A stretch of DNA of 64,000 nucleotides from Utricularia gibba (GCA_002189035.1 NEEC01000007.1:992001-1056000); one strand, 5' to 3'. Shown: positions 1-12,011, counted from the first letter of the stretch. Notes: generated by a model from the letters alone, not told the origin. A program made the numbers and translations.

Positions 1-439
1 CTACGTTGCCGGAATGGGCCTTTATGCCGAATCAAAGAAGGTGGAAGCCTCCATCCCATCCATGAAACATGCCTTGATCAGCAGTAAATCTGATTTCCAT
101 TATGTTGTTCAGGCTGTGCAGAAACTCCTAGGAAGGGAGTTGGAGCCATGGGAGACCATTGCAGTTGGCGCTCTATCCGGCGGCCTGACCGCCGTGCTGA
201 CGACTCCCTTCGATGTGATGAAGACGAGAATGATGACCTCTCAGGGACGGCAGATAGCCATGTCTATGGTAGCATTCTCGATCCTTCGTCGTGAAGGACC
301 TCTGGGGCTATTCAAGGGAGCCGTGCCTAGATTCTTTTGGATTGCGCCACTGGGGGCAATGAATTTCGCCGGTTATGAGCTTGCAAGAAAGGCCATGGAC
401 GAGAAGGTGGAGAGCAGCGAGCTCCTGGTGCACAAATGA
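1..439 (+). CDS. Mitochondrial substrate carrier family protein (SAM-carrier-like, At2g35800 type), 3' part only; intron 41-112
   Basis: Carrier signature PxDxxKTR (TTPFDVMKTRMM) and third-repeat motif EGPLGLFKGAVPRFFWIAPLGAMNFAGYE. In-frame 72-nt GT..AG intron at 41-112. Stop at 437-439. Confidence 0.88.
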   Translation, partial: YVAGMGLYAESKKVEASIPSMKHALISSKSDFHYVVQAVQKLLGRELEPWETIAVGALSGGLTAVLTTPFDVMKTRMMTSQGRQIAMSMVAFSILRREGPLGLFKGAVPRFFWIAPLGAMNFAGYELARKAMDEKVESSELLVHK

Positions 440-717
440 GCCCCTGCTGCCACCAGGGGAAACGGTTTTGTTAAAAGTTTCCCTGCTCCTATGCATATGA
501 ACCACGACTATCTTTTCACCCAAATTTCCTTCATGAATTATGCCCATTGTTTCCTATACTCCACACAACGCTGTATTTGCTAATGCTTGGCAATGTAGAT
601 CAATATGCAGGCACAGTGTACTTGGGAGTTTGTCATGCAACAAGCGCCATTGAAGTGCACTCAGAGTTCATATATAAAATCGTTCTCAAATTTGAGAATG
701 TGGGGAAATGGCGTCCA

Positions 718-2290
718 TCACCTCTGGAACTTTGAACCAGGAGGGGGATCATAAGTGTCTTGATTGATCCAGCTGAACATGTGCATAAAGGGGTTGGCTT
801 TTTCTCCCTTCTTCTCATTTCCGATCACTTCTTCCCAAACATTGGCATCCTCCAGATCCTTCATCACTTCCCAAACGCAGCTGTTGCACTTGAAACCTGA
901 CCCAAACCCTATCATCCACAACTTGTCTCCCCTTTTCAGCCTCCTTTCTGCTTCCATGTACCCGAGCACGTACCACAAGCTACTCGCGGACGTGTTCCCG
1001 AATCGATGAAGGCTCATCTTCGAGGGCTCCACGTCCTCATGGCTCAATCCTAATCCCTTCCTGATTTCCTCTATCACCGCCGTGCCGCCGGGATGCATGC
1101 AGAAGTGATCTATTCCGGCCTTGAAGTTCAATGTTGCCTTTTTCCTTGCGTGTTTCATTGCGAAGTACCTGTGTAGAAAATACATGAAACAGCATGCATA
1201 GATAGTTAAGACCAGAAAACAAGAAGCGTAACAGTACCTTATAAGCTCGGTGTAAGGCAGACATGTTTTGGCTATTACAGCTATGTTTTGTGTGAAGGCA
1301 CGTTTAGCAGTTTTGGGAAGGCTTTTATCGAGATAGAAGCCTTGTTTCCCTTGGCTGTCTTCCTTCTGCATGCCGCAGGTGTACGCTTCATCGCTGGCGC
1401 CTAAATGGGTGCGAACCAGGCACTTCAGTTGCAGTTTCGAACGGTTCTTCATCGCGGGTTTGTTCGTTAGCAGGATCACGCATCCGCCGGAACGGAACAG
1501 ACAGTTCGTCAGCATCATCGACTTGTCGTTTCCCGAGTACCTGCGAGGGTAGAACCATCTCGATATGATCCGCACAGAAATCCACATATTCTGCAATTCA
1601 TCTGTAGCTGAACAACAGCTTGACTAACCAGTTGGGCGCTATGGACTCGGATGTCACCACCAGGGCCATGGAGTTCCTGTGCGATTTGAAGAAGCTGGTG
1701 ACGAGGTTGATCGAGATCAAGCTCGCACTGCATCCCATCCCCGAGAGGTTGTACGACTTCACATCGTCTCTCATTTTGTACATGTTGATGATCCGCGATG
1801 TCAGAGATGGAGCGCACGAGAGCAGGGAGACGTTCACTACCAGTAGATCTATTTCCTTGGGACCAACCTGATACGATAACAAGAATGCTAATAACAAACT
1901 TTCTGTACTAAACCCAGAATTCCTATCTGTCACCTTAGTTTTCTCGAAAAGCTTGCTCAGGGTCTCCTTGAAGAACTCATCCATCTCCAAGATCCCATCT
2001 TCGAGGCTATGAGAGTTCTCCCGTCCGCCGATGATGTTTCTCGGGCCGTAGGAATCCTCTCCGATTCCAGAATTCACGATAGCTCGTAACATGAACTTGT
2101 ACTCTTGATGGCCCAGGTTGAGATTGCGAGCCACGATGCTGCCGCTAAGCTCAGTGTCGAGCTTACGATCGTCCGACGGCTTGTGACATTCGTAATGCAC
2201 CAGGTAACAACGTTGATCTCTTTCCCTACGAATGAAATACAATGACAGAACGAGAGCCCAAATGCATATCCCCAGCGTGATGAGCTCCAT
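718..2290 (-). CDS. KCS: 3-ketoacyl-CoA synthase (FAE1/KCS), KCS3/KCS12/KCS19-like; 4 exons (introns 1868-1933, 1541-1628, 1169-1237)
   Basis: Motifs NLSGMGCSAS (catalytic Cys), HFCMHPGG (His), RFGNTSASS (Asn) and GFGSGFKCNSCVW. The short N-terminus with one TM segment fits the KCS3/12/19 clade. Removing three GT-AG introns gives a continuous frame. Confidence 0.92.
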
Positions 2291-3972
2291 TCTGGGTTCT
2301 TCTTCCGTGTACTGGTGACCAAGACGGGCAAAAGTTGCACACTTTAAATGAAGGATCCGTAGTTGGTCTAAACTTCGGACTAAAAATCTCCAAGGTATTC
2401 GTGTAAGAAAGATTGTCTAAAAGTAGTGAAAAAGTAGCGATCTTTAAACATCGAAAACCGAATTCATATTCCAAATTCGGTTCGCATCAAACCCTTTCAT
2501 TTATAAGAAAAGATGGTGCGAGTTTTATAGGTATTGGTCCGATCACACACACTGTCATGCAGCATGCCATTGGTGGCGACAATTGAAAATTGAAAACATG
2601 GGGAGCCCGCAATCAAGAGGGTTGATCGGTTTTAGCATTTACAGAGCAGTCGGGTGCAGGAAGGACAGGAGGTTCCTGGTATTAAATGCTAGAAAACGTG
2701 GGATCCGTAAGAAGACAGCGGTGTTCCATAAATGCGCGTAGGGACCTTCAACAGAAAGTACTCCGAGAAGAAAACGGTTGCGAAATAAGCTCTCTGCGTC
2801 GGGTTCTCAACTCACCGCATTCAAAGCTCTGCTATTTGGTGGGTTTCGATGCAGTTGCACAAATTTAGTTCCATGGTTTACGTAGGAAAACTCGCAGCCT
2901 GTGCGAGTGGCATTCGCTTCATACAAACTAAGCTTGTCTGTCTGCGGTCACCAAAGGGCGACCTGAGAATAGTTGGGGCGCGCCAAACATCATAATGGAT
3001 CATGTACTTCAGACCGGAAGCATTGAATATGCAAAAAAGCAGACCCACGGCTCCATTCAAACCTATGTTTTTTTCACCTGCAACACTAACTGAGACTGCA
3101 CGGGTTACCTATCCATGAAAGTAGTCATCTTCTTTGTGTGAGAAAATGGGTGTGTGTTAAATTTCAACAGTTGGGGAGGCTGGCTTTTCAAAATCAGGCG
3201 CCATTACCGGCTTCACTAAGAACTTGGTCGTCAAAAGCCATCGCTGAATGGAGATTTCACCTGAAACACAAGGCGCAGGGAAGAAGAGAACACCACCAGG
3301 CCCAGGGTATGGTCGACACTCCCACGGGACCCGCCAAGATCCGATCAACACCGCCCATGGCGTATCGGCCGCACCGGCAACTACATCACAGACCTGTGTT
3401 GCCCCGACCAGAAAAAGTCTACAGAAACAATGTATTCATGATCATGTCCTCTTGATAACGTTGAATGGGCTGTCGGTGTGCTGGAAAACTAAACGCATAA
3501 AAATCTAGAAAGGTTTTTCCTTTTTAATAATAAATCCTTTTAGAATCAATTTCGAAAAACACTTCACAAGTATTAGAAAAAATTCTAAAAATGAATATTA
3601 TCAATAACCAAAAAATAAAAAAATTATAATTAGGTCCGAATTGGGCCAGGATCCAATTGAGCATATTATTGGGCTGTTCCGGACAGTCAGTTATTTTAAG
3701 TGTTGGGCTTCTCGGACGACCCAGGCTCATTAAATAGATAATGTGCTATTTTTTATATAAAATAATATTAAAAATGCAACCAACCACTACTGTTCTTTCT
3801 TTCTGGTGCCTGATGGCTGATGCCATTGGGTTAAAATCCCCTTTTGATAGCTCAAAGGAACAGAACGAGGGAGCGCTTGTTCTTACAGAAACCTCACACA
3901 GGCACAGGAAAGAAGCAGAATTTTTCACACTGGTTATTCTGACATTCTGCACTGCAGCCAAATCCATCTGAA

Positions 3973-4201
3973 TCAGGCAACCAGGACATAGAGGGCGTAG
4001 ATGATCCCAGGCAGGTACCCCAGTATCGTCAGCAGCAAGCAGATCCAAAACTCCACCTGCACAGAAATTCCCATCATCCCATGCTGCGCCCGATGGAGAA
4101 TACAGGTATTTGCCACTTACCCCGCATCCATATCTCAGAAATACGCCGACGGGGGGAAGCAGAATCGCCAGGATTACTTCAACAAACGTCGCGGTGCCCA
4201 T
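3973..4201 (-). CDS. RCI2: PMP3/RCI2/LTI6 hydrophobic proteolipid, 54 aa; intron 4057-4120
   Basis: Spliced translation is MGTATFVEVILAILLPPVGVFLRYGCG|VEFWICLLLTILGYLPGIIYALYVLVA*, with typical UPF0057 motifs and the conserved intron position. Confidence 0.95.
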
Positions 4202-4315
4202 CGAAGGATCAGTTGTCTCCTGGGATTTCGGATCATCAGTGGGTTGATAGATAATGGGGGGGGGGATGAATGAAAGGTGTCATCCTGTGAAGTTTTCCAT
4301 GAAGTGAAATACAAG

Positions 4316-4361
4316 CACGTGGCCATAGGGGCTTCGTGGAAGAATACCCAGAGCCCACGTA
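4316..4361. promoter_or_regulatory. G-box/ABRE pair upstream of PMP3/RCI2
   Basis: CACGTGGC at 4316-4323 and CCACGTA at 4355-4361, 115-160 bp upstream of the ATG. This fits the known ABA/cold induction of RCI2 genes. Confidence 0.55.
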
Positions 4362-5084
4362 TCATCGATGCGATAATTACATACAGAAGGGAAAACAAAA
4401 AGGAAACGCCTTTCGAATCCATTCTGCTGATTTGATGGGATTTTAATAGCCGATGTGGTTGCAAACCGATAATGGAGCCGTCGAAAGTCTTCAACCTTTA
4501 CCACTGTTCTAAGCAACTTGTGCATCGGATTCAGGCTTGAATGTCGCTTTGGCGTGGCAAGAATCTTGATCAGTACGGGCATCGCATTCAAACAGGGGCA
4601 CAGGGGGTTTCGCTCAATGCATGCTCTGGTGGTAAAAGTTCGTGCTTTATCCTCTTAGCTGTTGGAAGCAGAGGGGAATTCCAGAAACCATTAGCCTGGT
4701 GCGAAGCGAATAGCCAGATTTTGAGGAGGATTTAAAACACAGGCGATGAGTTTTCAGATTGCAACGCAGTTGCCCAACTCAAAAACCCTAGACATGAAAA
4801 TGCATCTGCGACGAAGACGACGAGTGGGCACGAGACGGCCAAATTACTTATCACATCAATACTTGAAGATAGAATTTCAAGTTCTAACTAACTTTGTCTT
4901 TTAGTGGTACATTTCATTTACACATCATAATTTTTTATTTAATTTTTATACAAAATTCAATAATCATTTTGTATTTATATTTTACACGAAAATTCAAATA
5001 AATAATATATTATATTTATTTTTTTAATATTATATTATAATCAATTGTTCAACACAATAATACATACGTGACATTAACGTGTTT

Positions 5085-5400
5085 AGATTTTAGCATTAAA
5101 ATTCTGTAAAAAGTTTGGTGTAACATTATATTAATTTATTTTTTTTCCAATTCAAAATTAAAAAACGAATTAATAGTACACCTGTGATACTAACATGTTC
5201 AGAAATAACATTAAAATTCTGAAAAAAGTTTGGTGTAATATTAAATTCATTTGTCTTTTTTCCAATTCAAAATTCAAAAATGAATCAATAGTACACATGT
5301 GATATTGACATGTTCAAATTTTAAAATTAAAATTCTGAAAAAGTTTGGTGTAATATTAAATTCATTTGTCTTTTTTCCAATTCAAAATTCAAAAACGAAG
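5085..5400. repeat. Subterminal ~115-bp tandem repeat (about 2.7 copies) inside the MULE
   Basis: The core AAGTTTGGTGTAA...TTCCAATTCAAAATT recurs with TGGTG at 5116, 5231 and 5346, giving a period of 115. Confidence 0.85.
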
Positions 5401-5463
5401 TATATAATCAAATACACATCTCATATCATCATTCTTTCTCCTTTTCTTTCTCTTACAATTTCA

Positions 5464-7860
5464 ATGGCTTCCTCTCCAATTGAGATCCGGTTGTACTGGG
5501 GAGGTAACTTGTTTTATGAAAACAATGGTATGTGCTATGATTCACCACCACGATTTTCTGCTTGGGTTGCTCAGGATACCTCAATATCCATGCTGCTGTC
5601 GTTGATTTATGAAGTTATGCAACTATCTTCAACTGAGTATTTTATTACCATCATTGTGAATTATGTTGCTATGGATTCAACAATGGGTTTTCAGAGGTAC
5701 TGCCATCCTCTTGATCAAACGGATGATAATTTGTCTTTGATTTTTAATCAAAGTTGTATGGTTTCAAGTGTTGATATGTTTAGTGCAACTCTAAGCTTCA
5801 TGAATTTGATCATTCAACAACACACTGGTATGTAATTTTTTTTCCAAATAACATTTATTATTATTAGTTTTAAATTACATTTTGGATATTTTTTTTGAAT
5901 TTATATGATTAAATTGTGCTAATGATATATTTTATGTTTTATTTCTAGTTAATGTTGGAGAAGCATCAACCAGTCATAATAATCCATACACTTCACCAAC
6001 ATATCACAATTTTTCACCACCAGAATCACCTTGTGATGAAGACATATTATAGGATTCGAATAATTTATGTGAGGAAGATGCTACTGAGCAAGCTGAAAAC
6101 GATATGATACAAGAAGTAATTCCATCTCCACTTTCTTCAAGTGATGATGATGAACAAATATAAGGCAGGTTTTATGAAAGCGATGTGGCAATGGAAGTTC
6201 CAACAGCAGTTGAGTTTGAAAAGACTTTAAACTTCTATGATGGGACAAGCGGTGATCCATGCAAGAGGGTTTTCTTCAAAGATAAAACTTCAATGAAGGA
6301 AGCATTAAATTATTATTGTATCACGAAGCTGAAAAGGTATTTTCATGTTGAGAAGAGCAACAACAAGCAGTATGAAATAAACTGTATCAACCGAAATGCA
6401 ACACCTCCATGTGAATAGCGTGTTAGGGGAATAGCAGTGTCACTCAGTTTTGGACTGTGACACAATATGAGGGGCCTTATACTTGCTTTTCTAGCAGTTC
6501 TAGAACTGCTAGAAATGATAGCATTACTAGCAACTTTGTATCTCTTCATATTATGAACAAGGTTAAAACGAATCCAGGGATACGTGTTTCTAATGTCCTT
6601 GATGATATTGATGAAGTTTATCATTTCAAGATATCATATAAGTTTGGATGGACTGCTATTAGGCGTGCTATCATGCATATGTATGGTACTTGGGAGGAAT
6701 CGGTGACAAAGCTTCCTTCTTATTTGTTATCTATTAAGGAATCCAACCTAGGTAATTCATTTTTATTATTTTACAAATATTGATGTTTGTTTACTAACAT
6801 ATTTGTTTTATCACAGATACTATATTTGAATATGAGAATCTTCGTTCTCATGATGGCAAGCAAATGCTACACCATATATTTTGGGCTTTTGGATCATGCG
6901 TCCATGCTTTTAGGTATTATCGTCCAGTTATTACTGTTAATGGAACACATCTATATGCAGGATATAAATATCACCTTCTAATAGCATGCACACTTGATGG
7001 TGATCGCACTATAATTCCACTTGCATTTGCTATTGTTGAGGAAGAATCTTATGAATCCTGCTATTGGTTTTTTAACCTTTTGGTTAAGCATATCGTGAAA
7101 GGACGTCGTATTTGTCTAGTAACTGATCGTGGTGCATGATTATTATCTGCGATTAAGGATATACCTGCTTTCAATGAGTCTATGGGAGATTATAGATTTT
7201 GTATGCAACATCTACTTGCAAATTTCATATCTCATTTCAAGTCGAAACATTTGGTTAATTTATTTTGGGAAGCTGCCTTGACTTCAAAAAAAGAAAAGTT
7301 TCAGATAGCTATGCAGAAAATCAGAAATAAGAATGAGGCAGCATTTGAGTATCTCCATGAAAATCGATCCAAAGCGATGGACATTATCATATGATGATGG
7401 AATAATTTTATTCATATTATTACTATGTTAACTTTATATTTCTTATTTTTGCAGATGTGGTGTGCATACCACAAGTATCTCTGAATCATTAAATAGTGTT
7501 TTACGTGGGGCACGAAGAATACCTCCAAAAGCTCTTGTTGAGGCAATTTTCGAGAGATGTGTAAAGATTTTCACAAATAGTAAAGCGAAGATGGATTTAC
7601 TCATGGAAAGGGATCAATTGCTTACTCCATATTCACTATCTGTTTATAGGAAATGTGATGACAAATCAACCAACTACAGGATCAAGAAATACAATGCAGA
7701 GAAAATGAGTGCCACTGTGATGTCTCGGAGCAAAAATTCTAGAAAAAACAAATATTATTATATTATTTGTTTGACAGATTTGACATGTACTTGTGGAAAG
7801 TAGTAGCAAAAAGTTATTTCATGTTTACATGCTATTCAGGTAAGAATTATCTTTTGATGT
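5464..7860 (+). pseudogene. MuDRA-like transposase pseudogene (MuDR, MULE DDE and SWIM segments) with premature stops
   Basis: Fragments FKDKTSMKEALNYY and YEGPYTC (MuDR), IFWAFGSCVHAFRYYRPVITVNGTHL..PLAFAIVEEESYESCYWFF..VTDRGA*, RFCMQHLLANF, TTSISESLNSVL and CTCGK* (SWIM). Several in-frame TAG/TGA stops. Confidence 0.88.
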
Positions 7861-8457
7861 GTTATGTTATTTGTTATATTATAACAGTTGTTAATTTTAT
7901 TCTTATCTTAGGTATACAAGGAATTCAATGAAGATACAAGTTCTTATATTTCAAAATATTATCAAATGAAGATCCTTGCAAAAATATACAAAAGGTAATT
8001 TAATCCACCAATTCATGAGAGTGGATGGGGTGCATCTCCATTTAATCTTGTTCACAATCCAGCAATAAGAGTGAATACCAGAGGTCGTGCTAAATCAACA
8101 CCATTTTCAAGCAACTTAACTCATATACATTCGAAGAGAAGATCAAGAGTTGATTAATTTCAATTTTAGATATTTTCGAAAATGTGTTTTCGAGACTTGT
8201 GAATTTTAATTCGAATAATATTGTTTATGCATTTATTAAATATTTTATTACATAATTTTTTCATATATTTAATTGTTATGTTTTAATTTATTGATTAATA
8301 TAAATATTGTAATATATTATATTTAAATTTTTTTAATATAAAATATGATTAAATATATATTTTTTTAGAAAATTATGCATTTATATGAATTTTCGTGCAA
8401 AAATAAATAAGAAATAATGATGTGTAAATGAAACAAACCACAAAAGTACAAAGTTGG

Positions 8458-10539
8458 CTAGAACTTGGAATTATCTATCCAAATGTTGGTGTGATAAAGA
8501 ATTTCATCATGAGACGGCAGGTCCGTCGAAGACACGCACCGGGCAAGCTGCAGCTTCTCCCAGAGCGGCCCAGCCCGAACGCCCGTAACTCGTAGGCCCA
8601 TTACCTGCACGGCTGACCCATTACAAGGCCCTAAACTCTTAGAAACTGGAAACGAAACAGAAATACCAACATCATCGGGGAAAGTATCGCTCTCCACAAC
8701 CAGAGAGAATTCAAGGTCCATTAGATCAGACAAACTTCTCTCCCTTAGAGACTCTGCAGCATCAACTGGAGTATGTTTACTGTTTTTTTCCTGAGTAACT
8801 AAATCATTTTCAAGCATCTCCTCGGACAGGAAGAACTCGGGTGGCAAACGGTATCCTTTGAAATGACAAAAAGCAGATAGCTGGGCCCGTGCGAGCACGA
8901 GGTCAAGATGGTTACCCCCCAGGGATGAACGAGGTGCCAACTCTTTGATGAAGAGGAGAAGTTCCATAGGCTGAAAGTGCAGAGCTTTGCAAGATTTATC
9001 CACGCCAGATCTTTGGCTTGAGGCCTGGCGTATTCCAGAGTTCCTTACACACTGGCTTTCAATTTTGGAATAAGCATCTTGAGAGATGCAAGAACACGAC
9101 AAGCCTAGCTGCACACGTCTAGAAACCTCTTCCAAGGCACAAGTGGCAGCATCTCGAAATTCCTCAGAATTGCTTTGCTTCTCCATATGAGTGAAGTAAG
9201 ACCTGAAGGGCTTCAACAACGAGGAATCATTCCAAGCAAATGTCTGATCTCCGAAATATGCCACCAAATGAGAATCTTTACTGTAATACTTAACTGCCTC
9301 ATCAGAAGCATCAGCCTGGTCGAATATCTGTCCAGGCCACCAAGGGTGGCTACTAACTTTACCCCAAACAAGATCACCTACACTGAAAAGACCTTCCTTT
9401 TCTGGAGCTGAAAGATAACTAGACTGGCCCATGTTCAAGGGCCTCGAGGATATCCGCGTTTCCTCATCAAGCAAAGTATACTCGTTTACCTCAGGAGAAA
9501 ATTCTCCAGTTAATTTATCAGAATCTACTGCCTGGGGTGAAGAATCAATCACAAGTTCTCCCTCTAATTCATTGATACTTTTCCCTGGATCAGGATTCTC
9601 ACCAAGGAGAATGCCATTACTTTTAACATAATCAGCTTCATTTTTCCCAGATACACGTGCCTCAGTGTGATGCTGGTTCTCGAAAGGCGTTTCACATTCA
9701 CTAACTTCATCTGCGCCACTATCATTTGGTAATATATGAGCATGATGGACCTTATCAGCTATGAAATTTACATCAGAATCGAACCATTTCTCATTGCTCG
9801 TAGAACTCAACTCAGCACTCACATTTGACGATCCAATTCCAAAATCCAGCACATCATCAAATTCTATAATTTCACTTGCACCAGATGGTGCAGTTTGTAG
9901 ATCTTCCCCTGCACCTACTGCTTCACTAAGCAAAGGTGCATCTGCACCCGAAAAATCTACATTTTCAGTATCCGCACCTGTGGTAAATGATATCTCTTGG
10001 TCATTAACAAGATCCAGATTTTCATCGATACCAACTTCCATATGATCATTGGCTACAGCAGTGTTATCAGTTTCAGATAACAAGGACACAGCAACAGCTT
10101 CAGTGAGCTGATTACCATTTCCATTCAAAACACCATCTTCAGTTGATAACAGTACAGAGGCTTCACCACTCTCTGTAACACAAACCTTTTCATCTCTAGG
10201 CTCAGATAAATGAGTCACACAATCTAGAATCTGATTACCACTCTTTCCACCAGGGGCAGCTTTCTCCTCAGAAGATATTCTGTCCCTAGGCTCCTCCAAA
10301 CACTCAACTTCCCCAGATCCCAAATCACCTTCTTGGTGACTAATAACCCCATCAACAAACACATCCGATCCCACTACCTCCACCATTATTTCCCCTCCCT
10401 CGAAAGACTCCGCCGGATTCTCAATTTCCATATTGTCCACACGGTCTTTACTAGGGAGATCACCACTCAACCGCGGCGAAGCGGGAGAGGCACTGTCACT
10501 CTCTGGGACGCGTTCACTTTGCACACCTTCCATAGCCAA
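8458..10539 (-). CDS. PWWP (Tudor/PWWP/MBT superfamily) chromatin protein with long acidic N-terminus; C-terminus truncated or atypical
   Basis: 693-aa ORF with FSVGDLVWGKVSSHPWWPGQIFD..LVAYFGDQTFAWND, followed by the conserved ALEEVSRRVQLGLSCSC and ARAQLSAF segments. The ORF ends inside the MULE TIR. Confidence 0.88.
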   Translation of the reverse strand: MAMEGVQSERVPESDSASPASPRLSGDLPSKDRVDNMEIENPAESFEGGEIMVEVVGSDVFVDGVISHQEGDLGSGEVECLEEPRDRISSEEKAAPGGKSGNQILDCVTHLSEPRDEKVCVTESGEASVLLSTEDGVLNGNGNQLTEAVAVSLLSETDNTAVANDHMEVGIDENLDLVNDQEISFTTGADTENVDFSGADAPLLSEAVGAGEDLQTAPSGASEIIEFDDVLDFGIGSSNVSAELSSTSNEKWFDSDVNFIADKVHHAHILPNDSGADEVSECETPFENQHHTEARVSGKNEADYVKSNGILLGENPDPGKSINELEGELVIDSSPQAVDSDKLTGEFSPEVNEYTLLDEETRISSRPLNMGQSSYLSAPEKEGLFSVGDLVWGKVSSHPWWPGQIFDQADASDEAVKYYSKDSHLVAYFGDQTFAWNDSSLLKPFRSYFTHMEKQSNSEEFRDAATCALEEVSRRVQLGLSCSCISQDAYSKIESQCVRNSGIRQASSQRSGVDKSCKALHFQPMELLLFIKELAPRSSLGGNHLDLVLARAQLSAFCHFKGYRLPPEFFLSEEMLENDLVTQEKNSKHTPVDAAESLRERSLSDLMDLEFSLVVESDTFPDDVGISVSFPVSKSLGPCNGSAVQVMGLRVTGVRAGPLWEKLQLARCVSSTDLPSHDEILYHTNIWIDNSKF

Positions 10540-11175
10540 TAATTCTACACAATGACTCCAACAATTCTGGAAAAAGGGAGTTTAAGAACGACCCAGGCGC
10601 CGGAATTTTAACAGAAATGGGAGTTTAAGGATTTCACTATCTAATACAGCAGCAAGCAAACCCCTTTTGAGAGTCAAATAAGAGAAACGTCAAGCAGCCT
10701 AAAACTCTTAAAGTAGATTACATGAAACATCACGTCCCCCGGGAATCGGAAGCGGGAAAAACTTCAGCCTCCTCAGAGCAGCAGCAAGGTCACGACACCA
10801 GGTACAAAACCACAAACCTATTTTTCCAACGTAAGAACATGTGCTGTAATTCTTCTTCTTTTTTTACTTATGATGTTACCGAATCTGACAACAATCTTAA
10901 ATAGCTCCAAATTTCGATCGTTAACTAAAAATTTTGACATGCTTCGCTCTTTTAGCTTGAATCGGGTCGGGTTGGGTTTCTCGGGTCCATGCCCAATTCC
11001 ATGTAATCAGTAAGCATTCACTCGCATAGGACACAGATTTCCAGTTACAACACAACAGAAAGAATTTTTGGAATGTAGCAACGATTCCAAACCAAGTAAA
11101 GAGAGCATCTGGTAATAGCTCTGGCTGGAGTAAGTTTATTAGTCTGGGGAGTGACTGAGACTTTGGCACCTGGGA

Positions 11176-12011
11176 TCAGAGGGGGCATGCTTTCTCAAAC
11201 TCTTTCTGCTCCTTCCGGCAGAATTCGAACTCGTTGGTGTGATAATGCATGCAGCCAGCATAAGTATCCAGCTCTTTGCCGCAGCTTTGGTGCAACCCTC
11301 TTAGCCTACAAAAAGCATGTACTTCGGAGTTTCGCATCAGTTCATACAGGATTTCAAAGTATGATTTCTTTCAGTCCAATGATAATGATAGAGGAAGCCA
11401 AATGTCTTGATGAAAGGAACTATGGCGTAGATTCATCCAGCATGACCAAAATTCATCGCTAGTTGTGCATAATGTTGCTAGAAAGTTTAATTTCTTATCT
11501 TGTCTGGTTCAGAAGCAAGTACATGAAGCATGTGTGCAATGCAATGAAGCAAGACGAGGCATTTATATTTGCAATTACTTGCATCAAGTTAAACAACAAA
11601 GTCCAGCGGAGGAACTAATACCAGGTAACATTTAACCACGATCCCTCGGTCAAATTGATCAAAGGCCCAGAAAAACTTCAAGCATGCCGGGAATCAGATT
11701 TTAATAAACAACGTTGCAACCTTTACTAGCACCGATGCATATTCCAAGACACGCTTAGGTCGTCATGAACTCCGGAATGGATTAAATGCATTGATTCAAC
11801 AAGAACTGAAACTAACTTACAGGTGGAGGACGCATTTCGTCACTAGCCGGCCTTTATCAAGGCACGTCTCGGGGTTCGGATCATCTTTTTTGCACTTCAG
11901 AAACGCTATGTTCTCATCACGACATTTAGACCCAACATGCTTTGAAGCAGCCATCAACACAGACGAAGTGGGGACTGGTTCACCCAGTTCTGATGATACG
12001 GTGCCCGCCAT
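11176..12011 (-). CDS. NDUFA8: NADH dehydrogenase (complex I) 1 alpha subcomplex subunit 8 (twin CX9C); 2 coding exons
   Basis: MAGTVSSELGEPVPTSSVLMAASKHVGSKCRDENIAFLKCKKDDPNPETCLDKGRLVTKCV, then exon 2 LHQSCGKELDTYAGCMHYHTNEFEFCRKEQKEFEKACPL*. Confidence 0.93.

Larger units (their letters stand above)
4840..8507 (+). mobile_element. Mutator-like (MuDR/MULE) DNA transposon, full-length but degenerate
   Basis: Imperfect TIRs of over 110 bp: left AAATTACTTATCACATCAATACTTGAAGATAGAATTTCAAGTTCTAACTAACTTTG from 4841, versus the reverse complement of the right end AAATTCTTTATCACACCAACATTTGGATAGATAATTCCAAGTTCTAGCCAACTTTG. Flanked by CACGAGACGGC (4829-4839) and CATGAGACGGC (8508-8518), 10/11 identical, as a candidate TSD. 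Transposase remnants lie inside. Confidence 0.88.

Noticed and set aside
3138-3508. Overlapping 86-105 aa ORFs in GC-richer DNA between KCS and PMP3
   Set aside because: No recognisable family, splice pattern or repeat structure supports a gene call.
3746-4201. 151-aa ORF starting with the PMP3 N-terminus
   Set aside because: It is read-through of the 64-nt intron. Splicing gives the canonical 54-aa PMP3.
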